Origin: Antedon mediterranea
Lineage: Eukaryota > Animalia > Echinodermata
Assembly: GCF_964355755.1 (NCBI RefSeq)
Contig: NC_092670.1
Coordinates: 15,114,795-15,178,794, forward strand
Length of the DNA stretch: 64,000 bases
Direction of reading: 5' to 3'
Below, piece after piece: positions 61,801-64,000 of the stretch; the stretch's first letter is position 1, and each line of letters starts with the position of its first letter. Under the pieces are notes generated by a model that saw only the letters and a list, made by a program, of their open reading frames with translations, was not told the origin of the DNA and made no database searches. Position numbers and translations under genes: made by a program.

Positions 61801-63660
61801 GACAAGATAGAGGGTGTACTTCCAGGTATCTTTAGTATAGTACTAGTAAAAGTTATTTTTTTTTAACACGCCATTTACAAACTAGCATGTGTAAGGCTGA
61901 AACTTGGTGCCAATATTCTGGAAATATCCATGTAGTAATTTGTTAGATTTTGTTTACATTTGTGTTATTTTTGTGTATCAGATAATAATTCTTACCAAAC
62001 TAAGAAGTTGGTTTTGAGCGGTGTCCACAAGTATTTGGCAAGGATGATCTGGGTATAGTGGTAAATCAACACAATCCGTTCTCGGGGCAGCCTTCATCGT
62101 ATTACCAAACTCATAATCACTTTGAGCTGCTGCGAAAGAGTATGGATTCATGTTCAAGTCATTTTCAGGATCACCATCCATGTTCCCGCAAAGTCCGTTC
62201 ATTGTGCCTTGATAGATTTCTGGCATCTGCACGTATACACCAGCTCGTCCATCGAATGATACTTTTATACCTAAAAAATAATTAAATTTGCGTCATTTTA
62301 AACTGAATTAATAATACAGTTAGATCAAAGAATATGTGACTCGTACAAATTAGGAAAATTGATCATAATTAATCAAATAATTTTGAGTATGTAGAATGGT
62401 CTTCACACAGCCACTAGAAAAAGATTAGGATGGGGAGGGGGCCAAATATATTTCAACTCAACTCAACTCAACGTAAACATTTATTTTCTTTCTTTCATTC
62501 AATAATAAAACAAATGAATAAGGTATTAAAAAAGTAAGTACGAGTTACAAATAATACATTTCATTAATATAATATATAAACACGACAGGCAAAGAACATT
62601 AGTTCTAAACCGCCCGGTGATATACTGAAATTTTAATTAATTAATTTGAAACGATAAAGATGAGAAAATATAATATATTTAATTCCAAAGGCAAATTACT
62701 GAAAAAATTAAAATGATGTATATATAAATGGCTGATCTCTATGGAGATACAAATGAAATAAGCAAAAGGCTAAAACTATTTGTTATGATATTCAAATCTC
62801 TACATTAAGTGGGAAAAAATTCTATTTTAGTTTGATTTTCCGTTTTGTATTATTTTTTGTTGTACAGTATATATGGAATATATATTCTGAAATAAAGTGA
62901 TCAAATCAAATCAAATCAAAGGACGGTGAAACACCCAGAAAAAAAAAATCAGAGCTTACACCAGCCCTTCTTTAGTGCAAGTGAATGTACTTAGACAAGA
63001 TTGAGACTTTAAGGCAGGCAACGGTTAAGCACTGGCTAAATGGACTGTTATAATATAAGTATATAATAAGTATATATTTGTATAAGTATAATGACGTACC
63101 ATCATTAGATTGGAAAATCAAGTAAACGCCGAGGGAAACAATGGTGACATCATTTTCTGTACGTGGAATTCGTTTTTCGACTCTATTTTCAGTAAGCACC
63201 TTGCCTGGATACAGCATATACTCCATTCCTTCATATCTTTAAAAGGGAAAAAAAACATTTAAAGCAAGTACTGTACATAGAGCTTGGTTCCCACTAGGAA
63301 TCAATGCATGTCATTTGAACAATCATGATGCAACACCTGATGTTCCATCGTTTTGTGGTCAAATATCTTGTGTTTCATTTATGTTCTTTTGTTGCGTCGT
63401 TGTGGAAATTATACTTTAATCTTCTTAGCATTTTGCCAAGTAATAGTAATATTATTATTGATACTTTGTGACTTACGTGATACAGACTGCATATCTGCAA
63501 ATATTTCCAGAATTATCACAGTCATAATCGGTTATTATATCAACTGAAAAATGGTCTGGATCACCCTCATAGGAAGCCAGACTGTAGGTACATTTTCCAG
63601 GAAAAATGACAACTCGGCCATCAAATGAACGGTAATGTGAATTACAGCAAGCTGTACAAA
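667..63660 (-). CDS. Partial multi-exon gene (78 exons in window, ~4,490 aa): giant VWD/C8/TIL gel-forming-mucin / SCO-spondin / hemolectin-like glycoprotein with LDLa, VWC-like, F5/8C, kringle and PTS/Ser-Gly modules
   Basis: Consecutive GT-AG exons with compatible phases and no in-frame stops; motifs [43 protein letters not shown]. Start and stop codons are outside the window. Confidence 0.93.
1433..1585 (-). CDS. exon 77: PTS linker
   Basis: ETTTTFTTVVVTTRPTTS...TTTRLTTNT. Confidence 0.85.
1753..1894 (-). CDS. exon 76: F5/8C 5, end
   Basis: LFVIDSTDMFTYEFPEELRHVVAIKL...HIDFLGCDE. Confidence 0.87.
1960..2105 (-). mobile_element. L2-like LINE 3' end fragment
   Basis: PSLWNALPQSIK...LLKTHLFRIAY followed by a tail. 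Confidence 0.6.
2385..2535. mobile_element. MITE family A (~130-160 bp; TIR AAGCTCTGTCTACACTATCAAACT)
   Basis: Terminal inverted repeats and core tgtgatgtgcccatatatggacatgatgatgtcatatcactacc; other copies near 552-666, 5349-5470, 13656-13755, 18111-18220, 26509-26630, 28592-28718. Confidence 0.85.
2860..3146 (-). CDS. exon 75: F5/8C 5, first part
   Basis: PCVSKLG...YLEINYVDPVKIKSLVTRGG...FIQQFRLQY. Confidence 0.89.
3456..3623 (-). CDS. exon 74: PTS tract
   Basis: IEITTTPFTTRRFPETTTPGPTTPAPPTTTPAP. Confidence 0.88.
3661..5218 (-). mobile_element. Non-autonomous Helitron, copy 1 (with an internal ~262-bp tandem duplication)
   Basis: Minus strand starts TCTATATATAAA and ends with a GC-rich hairpin + CTAG; sits between A and T; no TSD; homologous to 53019-54244. 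Confidence 0.85.
5506..5593 (-). CDS. exon 73: VWC end + linker
   Basis: GQHGVEIDGCCSCEPYVTTITTITPEATT; donor GTCAGT. Confidence 0.84.
5625..5785. mobile_element. MITE family A copy
   Basis: aagctctgtctac...agacagagctt termini. Confidence 0.85.
6175..6297 (-). CDS. exon 72: VWC-like
   Basis: NDEETYDVGDCMSCRC...DCGACQPQNLECPT. Confidence 0.86.
7023..7210 (-). CDS. exon 71: TIL-like
   Basis: ACSIDANCVYTVSC...CMTGSCVCPGSSVFFQGFCITLAQECTCE. Confidence 0.87.
7280..7950. repeat. AT-rich ~32/64-bp tandem repeat, interrupted by a SINE
   Basis: aatatgctagaatatgatttgtgttaagaaat units. Confidence 0.8.
7381..7640 (+). mobile_element. 5S rRNA-derived SINE, truncated copy
   Basis: gaagctaagca...ggagacc...gggtgctgta matches the 3' part of 5S rRNA; tRNA-like segment follows; A-tail; homologous to 28127-28550. 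Confidence 0.75.
8071..8810 (+). repeat. 40-bp G-rich minisatellite (~18 copies)
   Basis: gtggcgaaat recurs every 40 nt (8091, 8131, 8171...). Confidence 0.92.
9160..9720 (+). mobile_element. Helentron/HINE (DINE-1-like) non-autonomous element
   Basis: ttacctttgcc start, (GTTT)n microsatellite, ttagcaggattactcaaaaag, 3' ggcggtggtatgcac; 3' part shared with ~32984-33149. Confidence 0.6.
9889..10092 (-). CDS. exon 70: Cys-rich TIL-like + Thr linker
   Basis: SCEDFCDCRLDC...CSRCNCPEGKIDSSSYCAVPATDC. Confidence 0.87.
10645..10819 (-). CDS. exon 69: short VWC-like + Thr-rich tract
   Basis: KWPSHNEECTECLCLGTSVSCYAVSCTLTTTPATT. Confidence 0.88.
11396..11598 (-). CDS. exon 68: TIL-like
   Basis: CPHGQMSVPC...CCECIGEDRFYNGTHCVAQHNCNC. 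Confidence 0.89.
12768..12824 (-). CDS. exon 67: PTS linker
   Basis: EITTPVTITTTGPPHPPP. Confidence 0.82.
13095..13263 (-). CDS. exon 66: VWC end + second LDLa-like module
   Basis: PDGNCCPGC...CEGIGQFSCSPNSCTNTINRCDGICDCPPRCRDERGC. Confidence 0.88.
13788..13892 (-). CDS. exon 65: VWC
   Basis: VGSTYTPDECTDCTCEGVGDIECTTQICEITDCPP. Confidence 0.89.
13910..14420. repeat. A-rich satellite (aattaaatgtaaacaatttagac); resumes at ~15573-15662
   Basis: Direct tandem units on both sides of a SINE insertion. Confidence 0.9.
14456..14491. mobile_element. 36-bp perfect hairpin insertion with 7-bp target-site duplication
   Basis: 17-bp arms catagagatattatagt / actataatatctctatg; flanked by cttcgac on both sides. 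Confidence 0.8.
14605..15417. mobile_element. TIR MITE nested in the SINE (possibly PIF/Harbinger-like)
   Basis: ggccgtttctgctgc ... gcagcagaaacaggccc; internal aataccgtatt subrepeats. Confidence 0.65.
15727..15842 (-). CDS. exon 64: Thr linker + VWC start
   Basis: TTISTTTLTT...TETTPGCNGCHSHGECIA. Confidence 0.85.
16450..16501 (-). CDS. exon 63: VWC end
   Basis: GEVLIEPVGHRCCYCET. Confidence 0.86.
16796..16833. repeat. (TAT)n microsatellite
   Basis: Direct reading. Confidence 0.9.
16867..16968 (-). CDS. exon 62: VWC-like
   Basis: YSETMHVSECVTCTCQENGDVNCTKASCDITCTN. Confidence 0.88.
17559..17743 (-). CDS. exon 61: TIL
   Basis: CFAPFVYREVCTCHTDC...[26 protein letters not shown]. Confidence 0.91.
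17885..18012. mobile_element. MITE family A copy
   Basis: TIRs and core present. Confidence 0.8.
18299..18380 (-). CDS. exon 60: VWC end + linker
   Basis: GYTLYDEGDCCECRATPTTVIPTTSVN. Confidence 0.87.
18486..18650. mobile_element. MITE family A copy
   Basis: TIRs and core present. Confidence 0.85.
18800..18901 (-). CDS. exon 59: VWC-like
   Basis: LLATWRRGNCETCMCQATQIVCAQGDCNLDSCPE. Confidence 0.88.
19215..19414 (-). CDS. exon 58: TIL
   Basis: CPSNRVASDCYCTLTC...CTSGCNCPSGLVEHNSVCIEQSECPC. Confidence 0.92.
19676..19702 (-). CDS. exon 57: 27-nt microexon
   Basis: YVPSTTLH; supplies the T of the split TGT codon for the first TIL Cys of exon 58. Confidence 0.78.
20911..22569 (-). CDS. exon 56: 1659-nt exon of 24-nt repeat (EPSGSTTG) x ~67-69
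   Basis: Minus-strand frame gag ccc tct ggt tca aca aca gga is stop-free; most variants are synonymous third-position changes; phase 1/1. Confidence 0.9.
23292..23498 (-). CDS. exon 55: 15-nt mucin repeat (PSTTE/PSTTA) x ~13
   Basis: Open frame; AG/GT ends; phase 1/1. Confidence 0.88.
23607..23852 (-). CDS. exon 54: kringle 3
   Basis: [31 protein letters not shown]; 246 nt; phase 1/1. Confidence 0.92.
24255..24506 (-). CDS. exon 53: kringle 2
   Basis: Near copy of kringle 1; 252 nt; phase 1/1. Confidence 0.92.
24664..24838. mobile_element. Fold-back (palindromic) non-autonomous element between kringles 1 and 2
   Basis: Imperfect inverted arms around ctcagcttcgcctcgttga. Confidence 0.6.
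25103..25354 (-). CDS. exon 52: kringle 1
   Basis: CY...YRGTVSTTESGRTCQQW...[27 protein letters not shown]...C; six Cys; phase 1/1. Confidence 0.92.
26439..26486 (-). CDS. exon 51: Ser/Thr linker related to the 24-nt repeat exon
   Basis: SSTGTPYVSTEEPTS; phase 1/1. Confidence 0.68.
27371..27498. mobile_element. GC-rich ~128-bp palindromic MITE
   Basis: Arms atagag...tgacgtcacga...ggttgctagc / gctagcaacc...tcgtgacgtca...ctctat. Confidence 0.72.
27552..27569 (-). CDS. exon 50: 18-nt microexon
   Basis: TTTAS; long poly-T-CAG acceptor, GTAAGT donor. Confidence 0.62.
27853..27898 (-). CDS. exon 49: VWC end (CCPVC)
   Basis: SVLIQVEGECCPVCP. Confidence 0.88.
28127..28550 (+). mobile_element. Composite 5S + tRNA-like + Nin/Deu-like core SINE
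   Basis: 5S-like head, ggtgtaatg...gggtttaagcc tRNA-like boxes, core gcatgctaaagaac...gaaagagtagg...ccggtg. Confidence 0.72.
28730..28843 (-). CDS. exon 48: VWC-like
   Basis: PLASWPDERDPTCSTCTCFNNAYSCARAPCERQPNCDE. Confidence 0.88.
28986..29170 (-). CDS. exon 47: TIL-like
   Basis: CNTGYEICSQVCC...EGCGCAGNKVFNGTACVHPTKCLC. Confidence 0.9.
30038..30061 (-). CDS. exon 46: 24-nt microexon
   Basis: YEPTTIS; TTTTTCAG acceptor, GTAGGT donor. Confidence 0.62.
30497..30557 (-). CDS. exon 45: VWC-like end
   Basis: GYQLVNYEDIGRCCACEPIP. Confidence 0.85.
31004..31105 (-). CDS. exon 44: VWC-like
   Basis: EGMQEEDACTSAVCSGRVLTRILACNKLPGSCDA. Confidence 0.83.
31446..31870 (-). CDS. exon 43: 33-nt coding tandem repeat (ESGSTEEGTTR) x ~10
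   Basis: Open minus-strand frame, phase 1/0, ends PTVPECSF. Confidence 0.88.
32018..32269 (-). CDS. exon 42: TIL/VWC-like Cys-rich unit
   Basis: CFQCMCTEDC...CSCRDMDNNMRDVDETWFEGECRSCRC. Confidence 0.88.
32517..32600 (-). CDS. exon 41: PTS linker
   Basis: TLNTTPAPTTEHPTTAIRELTQTTSLS. Confidence 0.8.
32984..33149 (+). mobile_element. 3' part of the same HINE/Helitron-like family
   Basis: Collinear with ~9550-9720; ends gcac...gtgc hairpin + tctagt. Confidence 0.6.
33200..33329 (-). CDS. exon 40: F5/8C 4, end
   Basis: ...IIQVVPYQWTGRMTMTVEVYGCPP. Confidence 0.9.
33869..34036 (-). CDS. exon 39: F5/8C 4, part 2
   Basis: FTLSQPMDITEISVRGDQYNRVNMFTVMVG. Confidence 0.88.
34315..34630. repeat. 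39-bp tandem repeat (~8 copies), intronic
   Basis: ttaattacaaagtgggcagagcttgcgcattgcatgttg units. Confidence 0.92.
34688..34845 (-). CDS. exon 38: F5/8C 4, part 1
   Basis: QCRIPLLGNCSNIEYSS...GLPWMP...NEFIR. Confidence 0.85.
35174..35254 (-). CDS. exon 37: PTS linker
   Basis: ITETTVVTTTPEFTSITVTTTTVTVE. Confidence 0.83.
35681..35840. mobile_element. MITE family A copy
   Basis: Core and right TIR present. Confidence 0.8.
35917..35937 (-). CDS. exon 36: 21-nt microexon
   Basis: TVSTTE; polypyrimidine-ACAG acceptor, GTAAGT donor. Confidence 0.65.
36358..36848. mobile_element. MITE family B (TIR AGGCCCATTTACACT, long fold-back) containing a HINE-like fragment at ~36715-36800
   Basis: TIRs; homologous to 55957-56326 and partially ~50003-50240; insert has (ccga)n and gtcgcacgcgac. 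Confidence 0.72.
36950..37140 (+). mobile_element. Short tRNA-like interspersed repeat (SINE-like)
   Basis: agtggtttaatgg...gggtttgaatctc...tttttctcattctcacag; copies at ~44293-44465 (+), ~51030-51225 (-), ~62585-62670 (-). Confidence 0.6.
37175..37316 (-). CDS. exon 35: degenerate F5/8C 3, end
   Basis: ...GIRIESMNANFTVSVYGCPP. Confidence 0.83.
37810..37994 (-). CDS. exon 34: degenerate F5/8C 3, first part
   Basis: CMYELQQ...CYTFNFPDLKTINAIKV; alternative in-frame donor at 37825. Confidence 0.8.
38308..38394 (-). CDS. exon 33: PTS linker
   Basis: APTTAATVATTETTIVTTPVVSISSTVP. Confidence 0.82.
38724..38862 (-). CDS. exon 32: F5/8C 2, end
   Basis: ...VRIIPLSWEGGIKVRFELYGCPY. Confidence 0.92.
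39330..39586 (-). CDS. exon 31: F5/8C 2, first part
   Basis: CDGALGMENGDIPDDRITYS...SWSPTVNDADQYIQVEF. Confidence 0.93.
39740..39950 (+). mobile_element. RTE-like LINE 3' fragment
   Basis: KKRRL...RSKGRPKTTWMANIK resembles an RTE ORF C-terminus. Confidence 0.5.
40256..40333 (-). CDS. exon 30: PTS linker
   Basis: VPSTRAPTTHTTVTATTNIPSTTVR; donor GTGAGT gives the required phase 1. Confidence 0.8.
40648..40770. mobile_element. MITE family A copy
   Basis: TIRs present. Confidence 0.82.
41401..41548 (-). CDS. exon 29: F5/8C 1, end
   Basis: ...IVPIDWDIRICLRFELYGC. Confidence 0.92.
41739..42067 (-). CDS. exon 28: F5/8C (discoidin) 1, first part
   Basis: CEAALGMASRRI...GRLGANPWVP...ITGVSIQG...VTRFQVRYS. 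Confidence 0.93.
42575..42619 (-). CDS. exon 27: Thr-rich linker
   Basis: TTIVTTTVTETTTE. Confidence 0.78.
42768..42825 (-). CDS. exon 26: VWC-like end
   Basis: GEERVDRTSVGECCYCRTA. Confidence 0.85.
43143..43241 (-). CDS. exon 25: VWC-like
   Basis: NGTSWDVGECHRCTCVNFEAACIAQCNIGACPD. Confidence 0.87.
43777..43952 (-). CDS. exon 24: TIL-like Cys-rich unit
   Basis: CDGCYCNQNCDGSSTC...YWQGEYCVRRAQSCGC. Confidence 0.88.
44680..44727 (-). CDS. exon 23: Thr-rich linker
   Basis: STPSVTTIVTTETPV; phase 1/1. Confidence 0.78.
45396..45453 (-). CDS. exon 22: VWC-like end (CCxC)
   Basis: GLLLNMYENDPDRCCECSE. Confidence 0.85.
45944..46039 (-). CDS. exon 21: VWC-like, first half
   Basis: NGARYWPTNCKACSCDNGVNVCEKQCNASCSA. 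Confidence 0.87.
46505..46686 (-). CDS. exon 20: LDL-receptor class A module
   Basis: CPGEGYFSCADCSLCIANNNVCDGERNCVDGSDEQQC. Confidence 0.92.
47077..47138 (-). CDS. exon 19: E3 end
   Basis: CQCRSGGHWLCTGDPCVTTAA. Confidence 0.87.
47576..47816 (-). CDS. exon 18: TIL3 / E3
   Basis: IQCPSSLHFDSAASTCPDLC...ACACPEGSVLDNGECISPQQCPC. Confidence 0.92.
48490..48646 (-). CDS. exon 17: C8-3
   Basis: [32 protein letters not shown]...NWRSDGVC. Confidence 0.93.
49070..49365 (-). mobile_element. CR1/Crack-like LINE 3' fragment
   Basis: HAYNTR...GAVIWNDLPLELR...FSKQLK, with stops. Confidence 0.65.
49620..49921 (-). CDS. exon 16: VWD3 end / C8-3 start
   Basis: LVLQWDGGTS...TTCGLCGIYDGDQNNDF...FRPCHEV. 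Confidence 0.93.
50273..50527 (-). CDS. exon 15: VWD3 middle
   Basis: SCGYVFCEDGCGQG...ENVPCGVTGVSCTKSVRV. Confidence 0.92.
50831..50988 (+). mobile_element. Possible Penelope-like terminal-repeat fragment inside a (TA)n tract
   Basis: ctaatgaagggc-tagtgtt-gcccgaaag; (TA)n on both sides. Confidence 0.5.
52049..52161 (-). CDS. exon 14: E' end / VWD3 start
   Basis: CFCSNREWVCEENQCPRTARIYGEAHYKTLDGKLYNFH. Confidence 0.9.
52448..52679 (-). CDS. exon 13: D' (TIL'-E')
   Basis: CPAGRVWSNCSACERTC...GGCACPDHLISHNGECVSMEQCPC. Confidence 0.92.
52831..52877 (-). CDS. exon 12: E2 end
   Basis: CTCRDGQWSCTEIDCS; phase 2/1. Confidence 0.88.
53019..54244 (-). mobile_element. Non-autonomous Helitron, copy 2
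   Basis: Same termini and collinear body as 3661-5218. Confidence 0.85.
54426..55130. mobile_element. Tc1/mariner-like non-autonomous element
   Basis: Repeated gtataagacgcacc / tataagatgcac subterminal motifs. Confidence 0.45.
55674..55780 (-). CDS. exon 11: TIL2 end / E2
   Basis: MWDAERDSCVPVAQCHCYHGTRYEPGETRQDQCNT. Confidence 0.9.
55957..56326. mobile_element. MITE family B copy
   Basis: aaggctcatttacac...gtgtaaatgggctt. Confidence 0.75.
56479..56612 (-). CDS. exon 10: TIL2
   Basis: ECPEGKVYRECGRSCDVTC...CIPGCQCADGT. Confidence 0.92.
56822..56982. repeat. Dispersed fold-back repeat family (actgcagtaactacatttt...ttactgcagtagaataat)
   Basis: Related copies near 13280-13465, 17090-17330, 19860-20070, 24930-25065, 29340-29530, 36230-36355, 46135-46315, 52190-52355, 58690-58800. 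Confidence 0.7.
57089..57500 (-). CDS. exon 9: VWD2 end + C8-2
   Basis: VTGLFGNFDSNQDND...FSSCHNVV...CECMAFAAYAHRC...DWRTSEFC. Confidence 0.93.
58463..58652 (-). CDS. exon 8: VWD2 middle
   Basis: ...IETPIGVQILWDGENQLFVRLSPSWREL. Confidence 0.9.
58863..59196. mobile_element. Two adjacent MITE family A copies with duplicated flank
   Basis: Flank cattgattgacgttgttggtcgtagg...aaaagctccatatt repeated before each copy. Confidence 0.8.
59215..59484 (-). CDS. exon 7: E1 end / VWD2 N-part
   Basis: CTCDSGTWQCTDTECDGRASIIGSHFFTTFDN...GNCQYILV. Confidence 0.92.
59957..60065 (-). CDS. exon 6: TIL1 end / E1
   Basis: TYFDGENCVERRQCPCLLNDELYPAQ. Confidence 0.9.
60939..61064 (-). CDS. exon 5: TIL1
   Basis: CDSNMVYSECGTACPRTC...CVDGCVCPQG. 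Confidence 0.92.
61259..61472 (-). CDS. exon 4: C8 domain 1
   Basis: FEACHALVSPEPFFGVCMYHMCQC...NWRSPTFC. Confidence 0.92.
61996..62270 (-). CDS. exon 3: VWD1 C-part
   Basis: IKVSFDGRAGVYVQMPEIYQGTMNGLCGNMDGDPEND. Confidence 0.92.
63100..63236 (-). CDS. exon 2: VWD1 middle
   Basis: YEGMEYMLYPGKVL...LIFQSNDG; phase 2/1. Confidence 0.88.
63477..63660 (-). CDS. exon 1 in window: VWD1 N-part
   Basis: CTACCNSHYRSFDGRVVIFPGKCTYSL...; AG/GT ends. Confidence 0.88.
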
Positions 63661-64000
63661 CTAAATTGCAAAAATAGTAGTGTTATCATTAGCAAAAATA
63701 AGCAGGGCCATAGCCACTAGCACGGTTGGTGAGGTTTCAACCAGAGCACTTTTTGACAGGACACACCCATTGATTAATTAAATAGAATACAGTAGGCCAA
63801 TGTTGCTTTGGTCAATTACGCATCACGTGTCATGCGGTATTTAGTTTTATAACAAACCTGATTGCATTCTTGCAATTTCATTGGTCAATTACGCATCACG
63901 TTACATTTGAAAAAGTTGTATCTAATCTAATTTTGCAACACGACAATTGTTAATGATATGGAAATCAACTCATCTAAAACTGTTCTACTCTAATTTAGAG

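Noticed and set aside
667-63660. Assigning SSPO, VWF, MUC2 or Sfp1 as the gene symbol
   Set aside because: No TSP1 repeats, VWA domains, furin site between D2 and D', CysD domains or GDPH motifs were seen; orthology needs a phylogeny.

Overview
AT-rich eukaryotic genomic DNA, probably from a marine invertebrate (inferred from the gene type and the SINE families; the taxon cannot be fixed from sequence). The whole window lies inside one minus-strand gene whose start and stop are outside the window. I traced 78 GT-AG exons by hand (63660 down to 667). Their phases join into one open frame of about 13,460 nt (about 4,490 aa). The product is a giant VWF/gel-forming-mucin/SCO-spondin/hemolectin-family glycoprotein. 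Its domain order is: VWD-C8-TIL assemblies D1-D2-D'-D3; LDLa; VWC-like units; four F5/8-type-C (discoidin) domains separated by Thr-rich linkers; an acidic Ser-Gly repeat; three tandem single-exon kringles; a PSTTE repeat; a 553-codon exon of about 67-69 EPSGSTTG repeats; TIL/VWC units; a second LDLa-like module; and two more discoidin domains. The most unusual parts are the kringle triplet, the Ser-Gly repeats (candidate glycosaminoglycan attachment sites) and the paired cysteine changes in the D assemblies. Introns hold MITEs, two copies of a non-autonomous Helitron, Helentron/HINE-like pieces, 5S- and tRNA-derived SINEs, LINE fragments and satellites. All domain and TE calls are by eye; no database search was run.
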